This document shows, in pieces, positions 28,331-36,764 of a DNA stretch of 64,000 bases. The stretch spans positions 133,027 through 197,026 of the forward strand of contig CANOTJ010000001.1 in assembly GCA_947570175.1 (NCBI GenBank). The letters are read 5' to 3'. The notes under the pieces are model-generated. The model was given only the letters and a program-made list of their open reading frames with translations, was not told the DNA's origin and ran no database searches. Source of the DNA: an uncultured Mycoplasmatota bacterium. GTDB lineage: Bacteria; Bacillota_I; Bacilli_A; RF39; UBA660. The translations under genes and the position numbers were made by a program. Numbering within the stretch: position 1 is the first letter of the stretch; each line of letters begins with the position of its first letter.

Positions 28331-28681
28331 ATGGAGGAATTTTTTCCAACAAAGTTACTAGATTTATTAGTAATCAGTATTACTTTTGGTATTATCTTAA
28401 TGGCTTTTATTCAAAAAGTGAAATCTCTTTCTTTTATTAGTAAGTCTTGGCAAGTTTGGGTTTTGAATTTAATATTTTCCTTTTTTATCGGAATTCCTTT
28501 TGCTATGACATTTTATAATATATCTTTAGAAGATAGTTTGTGGGTTGGTTTGTTTAGCTTTATCGGGGCATCTGGTATTTATCAGGCATTAAAAAATCAA
28601 AAAATTATTAATTATACACCATCATCTATCTCTGATAAAATTTCCATTTCTAAAACCAATGAGATTAAGAGGGTATCATGA
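28331..28681 (+). CDS. holin-like membrane protein (A118/Hol118-type architecture)
   Basis: 116 aa with three hydrophobic segments and a polar C-terminus. The pattern FIQKVKSLSFISKSWQVWVLNLIFSFFIG...GASGIYQALKN parallels the Listeria phage A118 holin as I remember it. Confidence 0.5.
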   Translation: MEEFFPTKLLDLLVISITFGIILMAFIQKVKSLSFISKSWQVWVLNLIFSFFIGIPFAMTFYNISLEDSLWVGLFSFIGASGIYQALKNQKIINYTPSSISDKISISKTNEIKRVS

Positions 28682-29445
28682 TATATTTAGGAAGTGAAAG
28701 AATTGTTACCAATTCATTTCAAAATCATAAAACGGCAGAAGATTACGCAGGAAACCATCAATCGATCATAAAAATGAATGGAACAGGTAAGGTCGTAAAA
28801 GTAATCAATCGTTTTGAGTCTCACGAAGATAGTATTCCTTATACAGATTTTATTCATAATAAGGATAATTGGAAGAAAGGCGATTATTATAATTGTATTT
28901 CTATTACTGGTAAACAGTTGCTTATGGATGACAGTGAATTAGGCGGAAACCAAGTTTGGATTAAAACTTATCAAGATCATAAAAAACTTATCTTTCTTTT
29001 TGCCCATTTAGATAGTGTTGCTGTAAAAAAAGGCGATATTGTTGACTCTAATACTGAAATTGGTAAACAAGGCAATACTGGACTAGTTTTATCTAATAAA
29101 AGCAAAAAAGATGTTACTTATGGAAGTCATGTACATCTACAAGTAACAGACCAAAGTGGAAATTATATAGATCCTAGGGCGTTTGCAACTGGAGAGATTC
29201 AAACAACTTATTTAGAACAAGAAAGTGGACTAGATGAAAAGGAAAACGCATCTCTTATAGATGAAACTCTTGCGGTGCAAGATTCTAATGAAAACCAAGA
29301 TACTATTTTAGAGAAAACTAGCGATAATACACCATCTATTCCAAATGAAAAGGTACAGGAGAAAGAATTAATTTTTACTTGTGAAAAAGAAGATTATTAT
29401 TATATTAAATTATATGAAGGTGAAAAATTATATTTGGAAAAATAA
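28678..29445 (+). CDS. M23-family (LytM-type) peptidoglycan endopeptidase without a signal peptide
   Basis: HxxxD (HLDSVAVKKGD) and HxH (SHVHLQV) zinc motifs. The start overlaps the holin stop (ATGA). The tail is acidic and low in complexity. Confidence 0.75.
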   Translation: MIYLGSERIVTNSFQNHKTAEDYAGNHQSIIKMNGTGKVVKVINRFESHEDSIPYTDFIHNKDNWKKGDYYNCISITGKQLLMDDSELGGNQVWIKTYQDHKKLIFLFAHLDSVAVKKGDIVDSNTEIGKQGNTGLVLSNKSKKDVTYGSHVHLQVTDQSGNYIDPRAFATGEIQTTYLEQESGLDEKENASLIDETLAVQDSNENQDTILEKTSDNTPSIPNEKVQEKELIFTCEKEDYYYIKLYEGEKLYLEK

Positions 29446-29446
29446 A

Positions 29447-29470
29447 GGACTTAGGATTTCTAAGTCTTTT
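29447..29470 (+). terminator. terminator after the lysis-type cassette
   Basis: GACTTAG / CTAAGTC stem with loop GATTT, followed by TTTT. Confidence 0.55.
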
Positions 29471-29570
29471 GTCTTGTTTGAAACTTTCTAGTAAAAGTTG
29501 CAGTCTTTATATATTTTATATCATCAATCATACTATCAAAAATATAATTCAAATCTTTATTTCTTTTCAT
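29460..29570 (-). CDS. 36-aa basic peptide (hypothetical)
   Basis: Hand translation gives MKRNKDLNYIFDSMIDDIKYIKTATFTRKFQTRQKT, preceded by GAGGTGAAAT. No family was recognised. Confidence 0.25.
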   Translation of the reverse strand: MKRNKDLNYIFDSMIDDIKYIKTATFTRKFQTRQKT

Positions 29571-29679
29571 ATTTCACCTCTTATGGATACCATATCAAAG
29601 TGTTTGATTTTCGTCTATCAATTCGACAAAAATAGAATTAAATTTCATTGTTTTTCTAACATATTTATGATATTATAAG

Positions 29680-29904
29680 TTATAGAATTTTTATTGTAAA
29701 AAACGGATTAATCTGTTTCATTTTTTGAATAAGTTCCTGTTTTGTCTTTACATCCTCAATATGAACAATAATACTGGATAATTTATATAGGGAAGTAATT
29801 GTTGTAATTTTCTGAATAATTCTTTTTTGATATTCTTCATTAATTTTACGACTAATCTCTATGTATAGTTGATCATTTAGTAGATAAATTTTTTCATTGT
29901 TCAT
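29680..29904 (-). CDS. hypothetical 74-aa protein
   Basis: The start was set at ATG 29904 (MNNEKIYLL), which follows AGGTGA. No family was recognised. Confidence 0.35.
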   Translation of the reverse strand: MNNEKIYLLNDQLYIEISRKINEEYQKRIIQKITTITSLYKLSSIIVHIEDVKTKQELIQKMKQINPFFTIKIL

Positions 29905-29990
29905 AAAATCACCTGTGAATATAGTAGCACACAATATATAAAAAATAAGGAAAATGACAAAACTAGATGATTTTTTTAGGAGTTGGTTTT

Positions 29991-31307
29991 ATGAAATATA
30001 TCGCAATTTTTATTTCCAAAATTTGTTTATTTATTTTAGAAAAAATAGGAAGAGGAACTTCTTTACCAGGACAAATAGCACGCAAAATAGATCCTAATAT
30101 TTTAAAAAAAATAGATCGACCAAAAACGATGATTGCAGTAACAGGATCTAGTGGGAAAACTTCTACCGCTTATATGATTTATCAAGTTTTAAAAGAGAAT
30201 GGGTATAGAGTTGCAAATAACAGCAAAGGAAGTAATTTGCTAGATGGTGTGATTTCTTTATTCTTAAAACATTGTACATTTCTGGGTAAAAATAAATTAG
30301 ACGCTATGGTATTAGAAGTAGATGAGAGATATACAAAACAAGTATTTGATCAAGTTCATCCTACTCATGTGGTGTTGTCTAATATTACGAGAGATCAACC
30401 TCCAAGACATGGAGATTATAAAACGGTTTACCATGTAATTGAAAGTGCAGTAGAAAAAGATGCAATACTCATTGTAAATGCAGATGATCCAATTGCGACA
30501 ACGTTATCTTTTGGTCATCTTGGGGAAAATATATATTATGGAATGACAAAAAATAAGGAGTCCTATAATGGATTGGTTTCCAATTGTTTAGATATGGTAT
30601 ATTGTCCAAAGTGTAACCGTAAATTAGATTATGATTATGTTCAATTTAGTAATGTAGGGGCTTATCATTGTTCTAATTGCGATTTTGAAAGACCAAAACG
30701 GCATTATGAGATTACAGAGTTTGGAAAAAATAAAATTCAAATTAATCATAAATTTTCTATTCAAACGAATTATCAAATGTTATATTTTTTCTATAATATA
30801 TTAGCCGCATTTTCTTGTTGTTCTTATCTGGGAATAGAAGAGAAGAAAATTACAAAATGTTTAAATAATATTGAACTATTGAACCAAAGATTTGAAGAAT
30901 TTTATTTTAAAAAAAGAAAAGTTCAAATATTAACAGGAAAAAATGAGAATGCAATTTCTTATAATCAGGCAATGAATTATATTCAAAATAAGGAAGAAAT
31001 GAAAACAATTATCTTTGGGTTTGAGTATATTAGTAAAAGATATCCTTATCAAGATATTTCTTGGCTATATGATATTGACTTTGAATTTTTAACAAATGTA
31101 GATAAATTTATTTGTATTGGACCGTTTGCTGCAGATATTGCTAGCAGAATCTCTATTACAGGAATAGGTGAAGAGAATATTTTAATGGAAAGGGAGATTG
31201 GACAAGTGGCAAAACTTCTTCCCAAGACAAAAGGCAATATTTATGCAGTCTTAAATATGGGAACAGAGCAGAAATTCATAGAAGGAATCAATCAATTAAA
31301 TAGGTGA
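29991..31307 (+). CDS. murT: lipid II isoglutaminyl synthase, Mur-ligase-like subunit MurT
   Basis: P-loop AVTGSSGKTST, a Cys4 ribbon CPKCNRK...CSNCDF characteristic of MurT and a C-terminal DUF1727-like domain. It is followed by gatD. The start at 29991 follows TAGGAG. Confidence 0.85.
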   Translation: MKYIAIFISKICLFILEKIGRGTSLPGQIARKIDPNILKKIDRPKTMIAVTGSSGKTSTAYMIYQVLKENGYRVANNSKGSNLLDGVISLFLKHCTFLGKNKLDAMVLEVDERYTKQVFDQVHPTHVVLSNITRDQPPRHGDYKTVYHVIESAVEKDAILIVNADDPIATTLSFGHLGENIYYGMTKNKESYNGLVSNCLDMVYCPKCNRKLDYDYVQFSNVGAYHCSNCDFERPKRHYEITEFGKNKIQINHKFSIQTNYQMLYFFYNILAAFSCCSYLGIEEKKITKCLNNIELLNQRFEEFYFKKRKVQILTGKNENAISYNQAMNYIQNKEEMKTIIFGFEYISKRYPYQDISWLYDIDFEFLTNVDKFICIGPFAADIASRISITGIGEENILMEREIGQVAKLLPKTKGNIYAVLNMGTEQKFIEGINQLNR

Positions 31308-31311
31308 TAAT

Positions 31312-32013
31312 ATGACAGTAACAATAGCACATTTATATTACGATTTACTAAATTTATATGGGGAAGTTGGAAATGTAAGAATATTAAAAAAAGTTTTAGA
31401 AGAGCAAGGAATTCAAGTGAGAGTTGAGTTTTTAACAATTGGAGATCCTTTAGAGTTTAAAAACTATGACTTTGTATACATGGGGATGGGAATTGAGGAA
31501 AACTTAATTCTTGTAAATGAGCATTTGAAGCCTTATAAAAAAGATATTGAAAAATATATTGAAAGTGGTAAATGTATGTTATGTAGTGGAAATTCCTATG
31601 AATTATTTGGAAAATTTATTCGATTTCCAAAACAAAAAATAGAAACTCTAGGAATCTTCTCTTTTACTAGTAAACAATTAGAACAAAGAAAAGTCTTAGA
31701 AGTTAGTGCAAAATCAAAGTATTTTGATAAAAAAATTATAGGTTTTATGAATACGAGAAGTTTTAACAACAATAAGAAAAATTTCTTTTTAACAATTCAG
31801 AGTGAAAGTTCTTCTTTTAAGGAAGGAATATTGTATCATAATTTTATAGGAACTTATACCATTGGACCTCTTTTAATTCGCAATCCAGATTTACTTAAAA
31901 AGATTGTTTCTATGATTTTAGCAAAGAAAAGAAAGAATTATAAATTGAAAGAATTTCATTTAAATTTTCTAGAACAAGCTTATCAAGATTGTTTGAAAAG
32001 AAGGACAATATAA
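31312..32013 (+). CDS. gatD: glutamine amidotransferase subunit GatD (CobQ/CobB-type GATase) of the MurT/GatD complex
   Basis: 233 aa, N-terminus IAHLYYDLLNLYGEVGN. It starts 4 nt after murT and has a Cys-containing block, LCSGNSYELFG. Confidence 0.75.
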   Translation: MTVTIAHLYYDLLNLYGEVGNVRILKKVLEEQGIQVRVEFLTIGDPLEFKNYDFVYMGMGIEENLILVNEHLKPYKKDIEKYIESGKCMLCSGNSYELFGKFIRFPKQKIETLGIFSFTSKQLEQRKVLEVSAKSKYFDKKIIGFMNTRSFNNNKKNFFLTIQSESSSFKEGILYHNFIGTYTIGPLLIRNPDLLKKIVSMILAKKRKNYKLKEFHLNFLEQAYQDCLKRRTI

Positions 32014-32083
32014 GTAAAACAAAATTCGTGAATTTGAGGTAGAAAAAACTACTTTTTTATAGTATAATATTTTTGGTGATTGT

Positions 32084-32656
32084 ATGAGCCATTTAGGTCA
32101 AACGTTTAGAAGAAATAGTGGCTTTCAAAATCATGCGAATCGTGGAATGGTTTTGGAAAGTGATTTAAATATTACTAATGAGTATTATTTATTACATGAT
32201 GTTGCTGTGATTTATAAAAAACCAACTCCAGTAACAATCAATCATGTAGATTATCCCTCTAGAAAAGATGCGGTTATTAAGGAAGCTTACTTTAATACCC
32301 CTTCTACAACAGACTATAATGGATTATACAGAGGTAAATATATTGATTTTGAAGCTAAGGAAACAAAATTAAAATGTTTTCCACTATCTAATATACATCA
32401 ACATCAAATTGAACATTTAAAAAAAATTATTCAACATGGAGGTATTGCTTTTTTGATTGTAAGATTTACCTCTACAGATGAAATATTTTATTTAGATGGA
32501 CATGATTTTTTTGAATTTTTAAAAACAAATAGTAGAAAATCAATTCCACTTGAATATTTTCATGAAAAAGGATATAGAATTAAAGTGAAATTTAATCCAA
32601 GAATTGATTATTTAAAAATAGTTGATCAAATATATTTTAAAGGAGAAGTGTTATGA
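32084..32656 (+). CDS. recU: Holliday junction resolvase RecU
   Basis: NRGMVLESDLN, IYKKPTPV and YIDFEAKET blocks. The conserved recU-ponA gene pair is present. Confidence 0.9.
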   Translation: MSHLGQTFRRNSGFQNHANRGMVLESDLNITNEYYLLHDVAVIYKKPTPVTINHVDYPSRKDAVIKEAYFNTPSTTDYNGLYRGKYIDFEAKETKLKCFPLSNIHQHQIEHLKKIIQHGGIAFLIVRFTSTDEIFYLDGHDFFEFLKTNSRKSIPLEYFHEKGYRIKVKFNPRIDYLKIVDQIYFKGEVL

Positions 32657-35598
32657 AAAAGTTTTTAAGCGATAAAGAAAATATTACTATATTAACAGTA
32701 AGTGTGATAGCGTTTATTATTGGTTGTTTAACAATCCACCCGTTACTTGCCTTCTTAATTATTGCCCTTGCCGATTTTTTCTTATTTTTGCCAGATTTAA
32801 TGAAGAAATTCAAAAATAGAGAAAAGAAGAGAAAAGTAGATTCAATAAAAACAGAAAAGAAACCAAATACAAGAAGAAAGGCAAAAAATCAAAAACAAGG
32901 TCAAGATTCTAAGAAGAAGAGTAAGAAAAAAATTATATTATTAATTTTTATTGGTATTATTATTTTCTTTATTTTGGTAGGAATTGCCTTTATGGTTTAT
33001 ATTGCAGTAACTGCTCCAAAATTTGATCCTGATAAGTTATATAAGAAGGAAGCTACTATTATCTATGATAAGAATGGAAAACAAATTGCTAGTTTAGGAT
33101 CAGAAAAGAGAGAAAAAGTTACTTATGATCAACTACCTAAAGTATTGGTTAATGCTATTGTAGCAACAGAAGATTCTAGATTTTTCAAACATAATGGATT
33201 TGATTTACCAAGATTTTTAAAAGCTAGTATTGCCCAAGTTACAACAGGAGGGGGAGGCGGTGCTTCTACTTTAACAATGCAGGTCTCTAAAAATCACTAC
33301 ACTTCTACTATTGCTAGTGGATTTGAGGGAATAAAACGTAAATTTACAGATATTTATTTATCCATTTTTCAAATTGAAAGAAAATATACAAAAAAAGAAA
33401 TTATGGAATTTTATGTGAATGCTCCATATTTAGGTGGAGGAGCCTATGGTGTAGAACAGGCTTGTCAAACTTATTTTGGAAAATCGGTTAGTGATATTAA
33501 TTTAGCAGAAGCCTCTTTAATTGCTGGATTATTCCAAGCCCCAAATGCTTATGATCCTAAAAATCATCCAGATCAAGCTGAAAAAAGAAGAAATAATGTT
33601 TTAAGCTTAATGGTTCGTCATGGATATATTACAGAAAAGGAAAAGAAGGAAGCCCAAAAAACCAAAGTAGAAGATTTGATTGTGAATAAGACAGCAGCTG
33701 GAGCTCCTTCAGAAAATAAATATCAAGGATTTATTGATACAGTAACAGAAGAAGTGGAGGATGTTACAGGGAATAATCCTTATACTGTTCCAATGATTAT
33801 TTATTCAACAATGGATCCAGAGAAACAAGACTATCTTAATTCTATTATGAATGGAGAAGCATTTTCTTGGGAAAATGATGTGGTTAATGCTGGTATTTCA
33901 GTTGTAGATGTTAAAAATGGAGAAATTACAGCAATTGGAGCAGGAAGAAATAGAAGTGGGGAAAAACAATTTAATACAGCTACTATGATCAATCGTCAAA
34001 TTGGATCGACTTCAAAACCAATTTATGATTATGCTCCAGGAATTGAATATGAAAATTGGTCTACTTATACTCCGTTTGTGGATGAGCAATATAGTTATTC
34101 AGATGGAACAGAAATTAATAACTGGGATCGTAAATATAATGGATATATGACTATGCGTACAGCACTTGCTCAATCTAGAAATATTCCGGCTTTAAAAGCT
34201 TTTCAACGAAACAAAAATTCTAACATTAAAAAATTTGCCAAATCTTTGGGATTACATCCAGAGGTTGCTAGTAATGGAGCACTTCATGAGGCTCACTCCA
34301 TTGGAGGATATACTGGCGAATCACCACTTAGTATGTCTGGGGCATATGCAGCTTTTGGAAATGGTGGATATTATATTGAACCACATAGTTACACTAAAAT
34401 AGTTTATCGTGAGGATGAGGAAGAAGAGGAACGTAAAGTAGAAAAAAATCGTGTTATGAGCGAGGAAACGGCTTATATTATGACTAGTTTACTTCAATCA
34501 TCTGCTCAAGGAGGACTTGGCGCACAAGCAAATATTGGTGGTGCCGTATTTGGAGCAAAAACAGGTACTTCTAACTATGATTCTGCAACATTAAAAAAAT
34601 ACAATATGCGTGATAGTGCAATTAATGATTTATGGGTAAACTCCGTGTCTCCAGATTATGCGATTTCTATTTGGTATGGTTATGAAAAAGCAAATTCACA
34701 ATACCAAAATACTTCTTATACCATTGCCCATAGAAGATTGTTTCAAACTGTCGCAGGGGGCATCTTCAAAAAAGGAAGTAATTGGACTAGACCTGCTGGA
34801 GTTATTGATGTAACTGTTGAACAAGAAACCTGGCCAGCAAAATTACCAAGTGCTTATACTCCAGATGATTTGAAAGTAACAGAGTTATTTAAAAAAGGAT
34901 CAGAACCAACTGAAGTATCAGAAAGATTTAGTAAATTAGAAAATGTTACAAATTTAAAAGGAACTGTGAGTGGAAATCAATTGACTCTTTCTTGGACAGC
35001 TATTAAAACACCAAAGGCCTTAGATCAGGCTTGGATTAGTGAATCATTAAAATCTTTATATTCCAATATAGGGGTTGGAGTTGGTGCTAGAAACAGTTAT
35101 AATAGTAGTCATATAGGAAATGTAGTATATGAAGTTTATGCAAAGAAAAATGGTAATTTAACTTTAGTTAATACAACTACAGATAGTAAAATATCTATCA
35201 ATATTAACACCACCTCGGCAGATACTTACGTAGTAAAAACATCTTATTCGATTTTTAAAACTGCTACTAGTGATGGGGTAGAAACAAAAGTTTCTATGTC
35301 TGGAGTAAAAGCTAGTATTGATGCTACTTTAAGGGGGAAAAGTCAAATAGAACTTGCCCAAAATGAGAGATATGTAGAAAGTGGTATTGTTGTAACTTCA
35401 GATGGAACCGATGTCACATCAAAAGCAAAATATACAACCACTATTACTGATAGTACAGGTCAAGAAGTAGATAGTGTGGATACTACTATTCCTGGAATAT
35501 ATACTGTTACCTACCATGTTACTTATGATTCATTTACTAAAACATTAAAGCGTACAGTTATTGTTGGAGCAGTTGATTCGGGAACTGATGGAAATTAA
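32653..35598 (+). CDS. ponA: class A penicillin-binding protein (PBP1A/1B type) with an extended N-terminus and an Ig-like C-terminal extension
   Basis: GT51 motifs (ATEDSRFFKHNGFD, RKFTDIYLS), transpeptidase motifs STSKP, SRN and KTGTS, and an ATGA overlap with recU. Confidence 0.9.
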   Translation: MKKFLSDKENITILTVSVIAFIIGCLTIHPLLAFLIIALADFFLFLPDLMKKFKNREKKRKVDSIKTEKKPNTRRKAKNQKQGQDSKKKSKKKIILLIFIGIIIFFILVGIAFMVYIAVTAPKFDPDKLYKKEATIIYDKNGKQIASLGSEKREKVTYDQLPKVLVNAIVATEDSRFFKHNGFDLPRFLKASIAQVTTGGGGGASTLTMQVSKNHYTSTIASGFEGIKRKFTDIYLSIFQIERKYTKKEIMEFYVNAPYLGGGAYGVEQACQTYFGKSVSDINLAEASLIAGLFQAPNAYDPKNHPDQAEKRRNNVLSLMVRHGYITEKEKKEAQKTKVEDLIVNKTAAGAPSENKYQGFIDTVTEEVEDVTGNNPYTVPMIIYSTMDPEKQDYLNSIMNGEAFSWENDVVNAGISVVDVKNGEITAIGAGRNRSGEKQFNTATMINRQIGSTSKPIYDYAPGIEYENWSTYTPFVDEQYSYSDGTEINNWDRKYNGYMTMRTALAQSRNIPALKAFQRNKNSNIKKFAKSLGLHPEVASNGALHEAHSIGGYTGESPLSMSGAYAAFGNGGYYIEPHSYTKIVYREDEEEEERKVEKNRVMSEETAYIMTSLLQSSAQGGLGAQANIGGAVFGAKTGTSNYDSATLKKYNMRDSAINDLWVNSVSPDYAISIWYGYEKANSQYQNTSYTIAHRRLFQTVAGGIFKKGSNWTRPAGVIDVTVEQETWPAKLPSAYTPDDLKVTELFKKGSEPTEVSERFSKLENVTNLKGTVSGNQLTLSWTAIKTPKALDQAWISESLKSLYSNIGVGVGARNSYNSSHIGNVVYEVYAKKNGNLTLVNTTTDSKISININTTSADTYVVKTSYSIFKTATSDGVETKVSMSGVKASIDATLRGKSQIELAQNERYVESGIVVTSDGTDVTSKAKYTTTITDSTGQEVDSVDTTIPGIYTVTYHVTYDSFTKTLKRTVIVGAVDSGTDGN

Positions 35599-35604
35599 TG
35601 AAAT

Positions 35605-35641
35605 AAAAACTGTTTTGAGAATTAAATCAAGCAGTTTTTTT
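35605..35641 (+). terminator. terminator after ponA
   Basis: AAAACTG...CAGTTTT hairpin with an inner TTGA/TCAA pair, followed by T7. Confidence 0.6.
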
Positions 35642-35732
35642 ATGTAAAAAAACGCTACGTTAGCTAATAGAAAACAATTTATTTTTTAATGTAATAAAAA
35701 TGTCAAAAAAAGGAAAAAATAGTAGAAATTTG

Positions 35733-35761
35733 TTGAATTTATTTTTTAATAATGTTAGAAT
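35733..35761 (+). promoter_or_regulatory. candidate promoter of the surface-protein operon
   Basis: TTGAAT, 17-nt spacer, TAGAAT, with TG at -15/-14. A 15-nt direct repeat AATTTATTTTTTAAT overlaps the spacer and recurs about 60 nt upstream. Confidence 0.5.
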
Positions 35762-35785
35762 TCTAATATAGAATAGGAGCGGATT

Positions 35786-36745
35786 ATGAAAAAGAGATTA
35801 TTGTTATCAATAGTGGGAGTTATTGGTTTTTTGACAATGGGAAGTGTTGGAGCATCTAGTTTAAAATTAGAATGTCCAACAAATATGAAAATAGGATATC
35901 GTCGTTGTCAATTGGTATTAAATTCGGATTCTACAGAAGTAGAGAAAATTTCTATAGACTATCAATTGAGTAATCAGATAAAAATTGAAAATATTATTTC
36001 CAATGAAAAGGAAGGATGGACACTTGTAGCCCCAACTTCTTCCTTAAATAATGGAACTTGGACATACGAAAACAGTTCTAAAACGACTGGAAAAACAACC
36101 CTTGGAGAAGTTGAATTTCAAGTGGCAACAGCAGGAAATTATACATTTGAGGTTAAAAATGCTGTTTATTTACAGAAGAATTCAGGGACAAGTGGTACTT
36201 CAGATACCAATTTGTTAGGAAGTCATTCATTAGTATTTGCTGATCATGTTGCGATTGAAAATCCATCAAATCCTGATTTAAGTTTAAAGTATTTAGAAAT
36301 AGATGGAATAGAATTGGGTTCTTTGAATGGTGTAGCTACTATTAGTACTAAAAAAGATTCAGTTACAATTCGTGCGATGGCAAAAGAGGGTGTTGTCATT
36401 AATATCGGAAAATATGGTATAGAACTTGGAGGAATTAATCATATAGCTGATGGTACTTTGTTTTTAGAAGAAGGAAAAAATGAATTTTTAATTTATGTTT
36501 CTAAGAAAGATGGTAATGGTGAATCCACATCATATCAATTGATTATGGATAAAAAATCTGAAACAACTACTACAGTGGATACAAATAAAACAACAACGAA
36601 AAATAATAATCAAATAAAAACATCCGCTAATACAGTTGTAAAGAATCCAGCAACTGGAGATAACTTTATTCAATATGGATTTGCTATCGTTTTATTACTA
36701 ACAACTATAATAATAATTAAAAAGAAAATTACAAAGTTAAATTAA
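35786..36745 (+). CDS. secreted cell-surface protein with a sortase-type C-terminal sorting signal (NPATG variant)
   Basis: Signal peptide, then beta-rich domains. The C-terminus has NPATGD, a hydrophobic helix (FIQYGFAIVLLLTTIIII) and a KKKITK tail. Confidence 0.65.
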   Translation: MKKRLLLSIVGVIGFLTMGSVGASSLKLECPTNMKIGYRRCQLVLNSDSTEVEKISIDYQLSNQIKIENIISNEKEGWTLVAPTSSLNNGTWTYENSSKTTGKTTLGEVEFQVATAGNYTFEVKNAVYLQKNSGTSGTSDTNLLGSHSLVFADHVAIENPSNPDLSLKYLEIDGIELGSLNGVATISTKKDSVTIRAMAKEGVVINIGKYGIELGGINHIADGTLFLEEGKNEFLIYVSKKDGNGESTSYQLIMDKKSETTTTVDTNKTTTKNNNQIKTSANTVVKNPATGDNFIQYGFAIVLLLTTIIIIKKKITKLN

Positions 36746-36764
36746 TAAAGGGAGCAAATAACAT

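Noticed and set aside
29469-29678. 69-aa plus-strand ORF downstream of the M23 gene
   Set aside because: It begins inside the terminator of the lysis-type cassette and has no SD. It is antisense to a shorter minus-strand ORF that does have a strong SD (GAGGTGAAAT-ATG).
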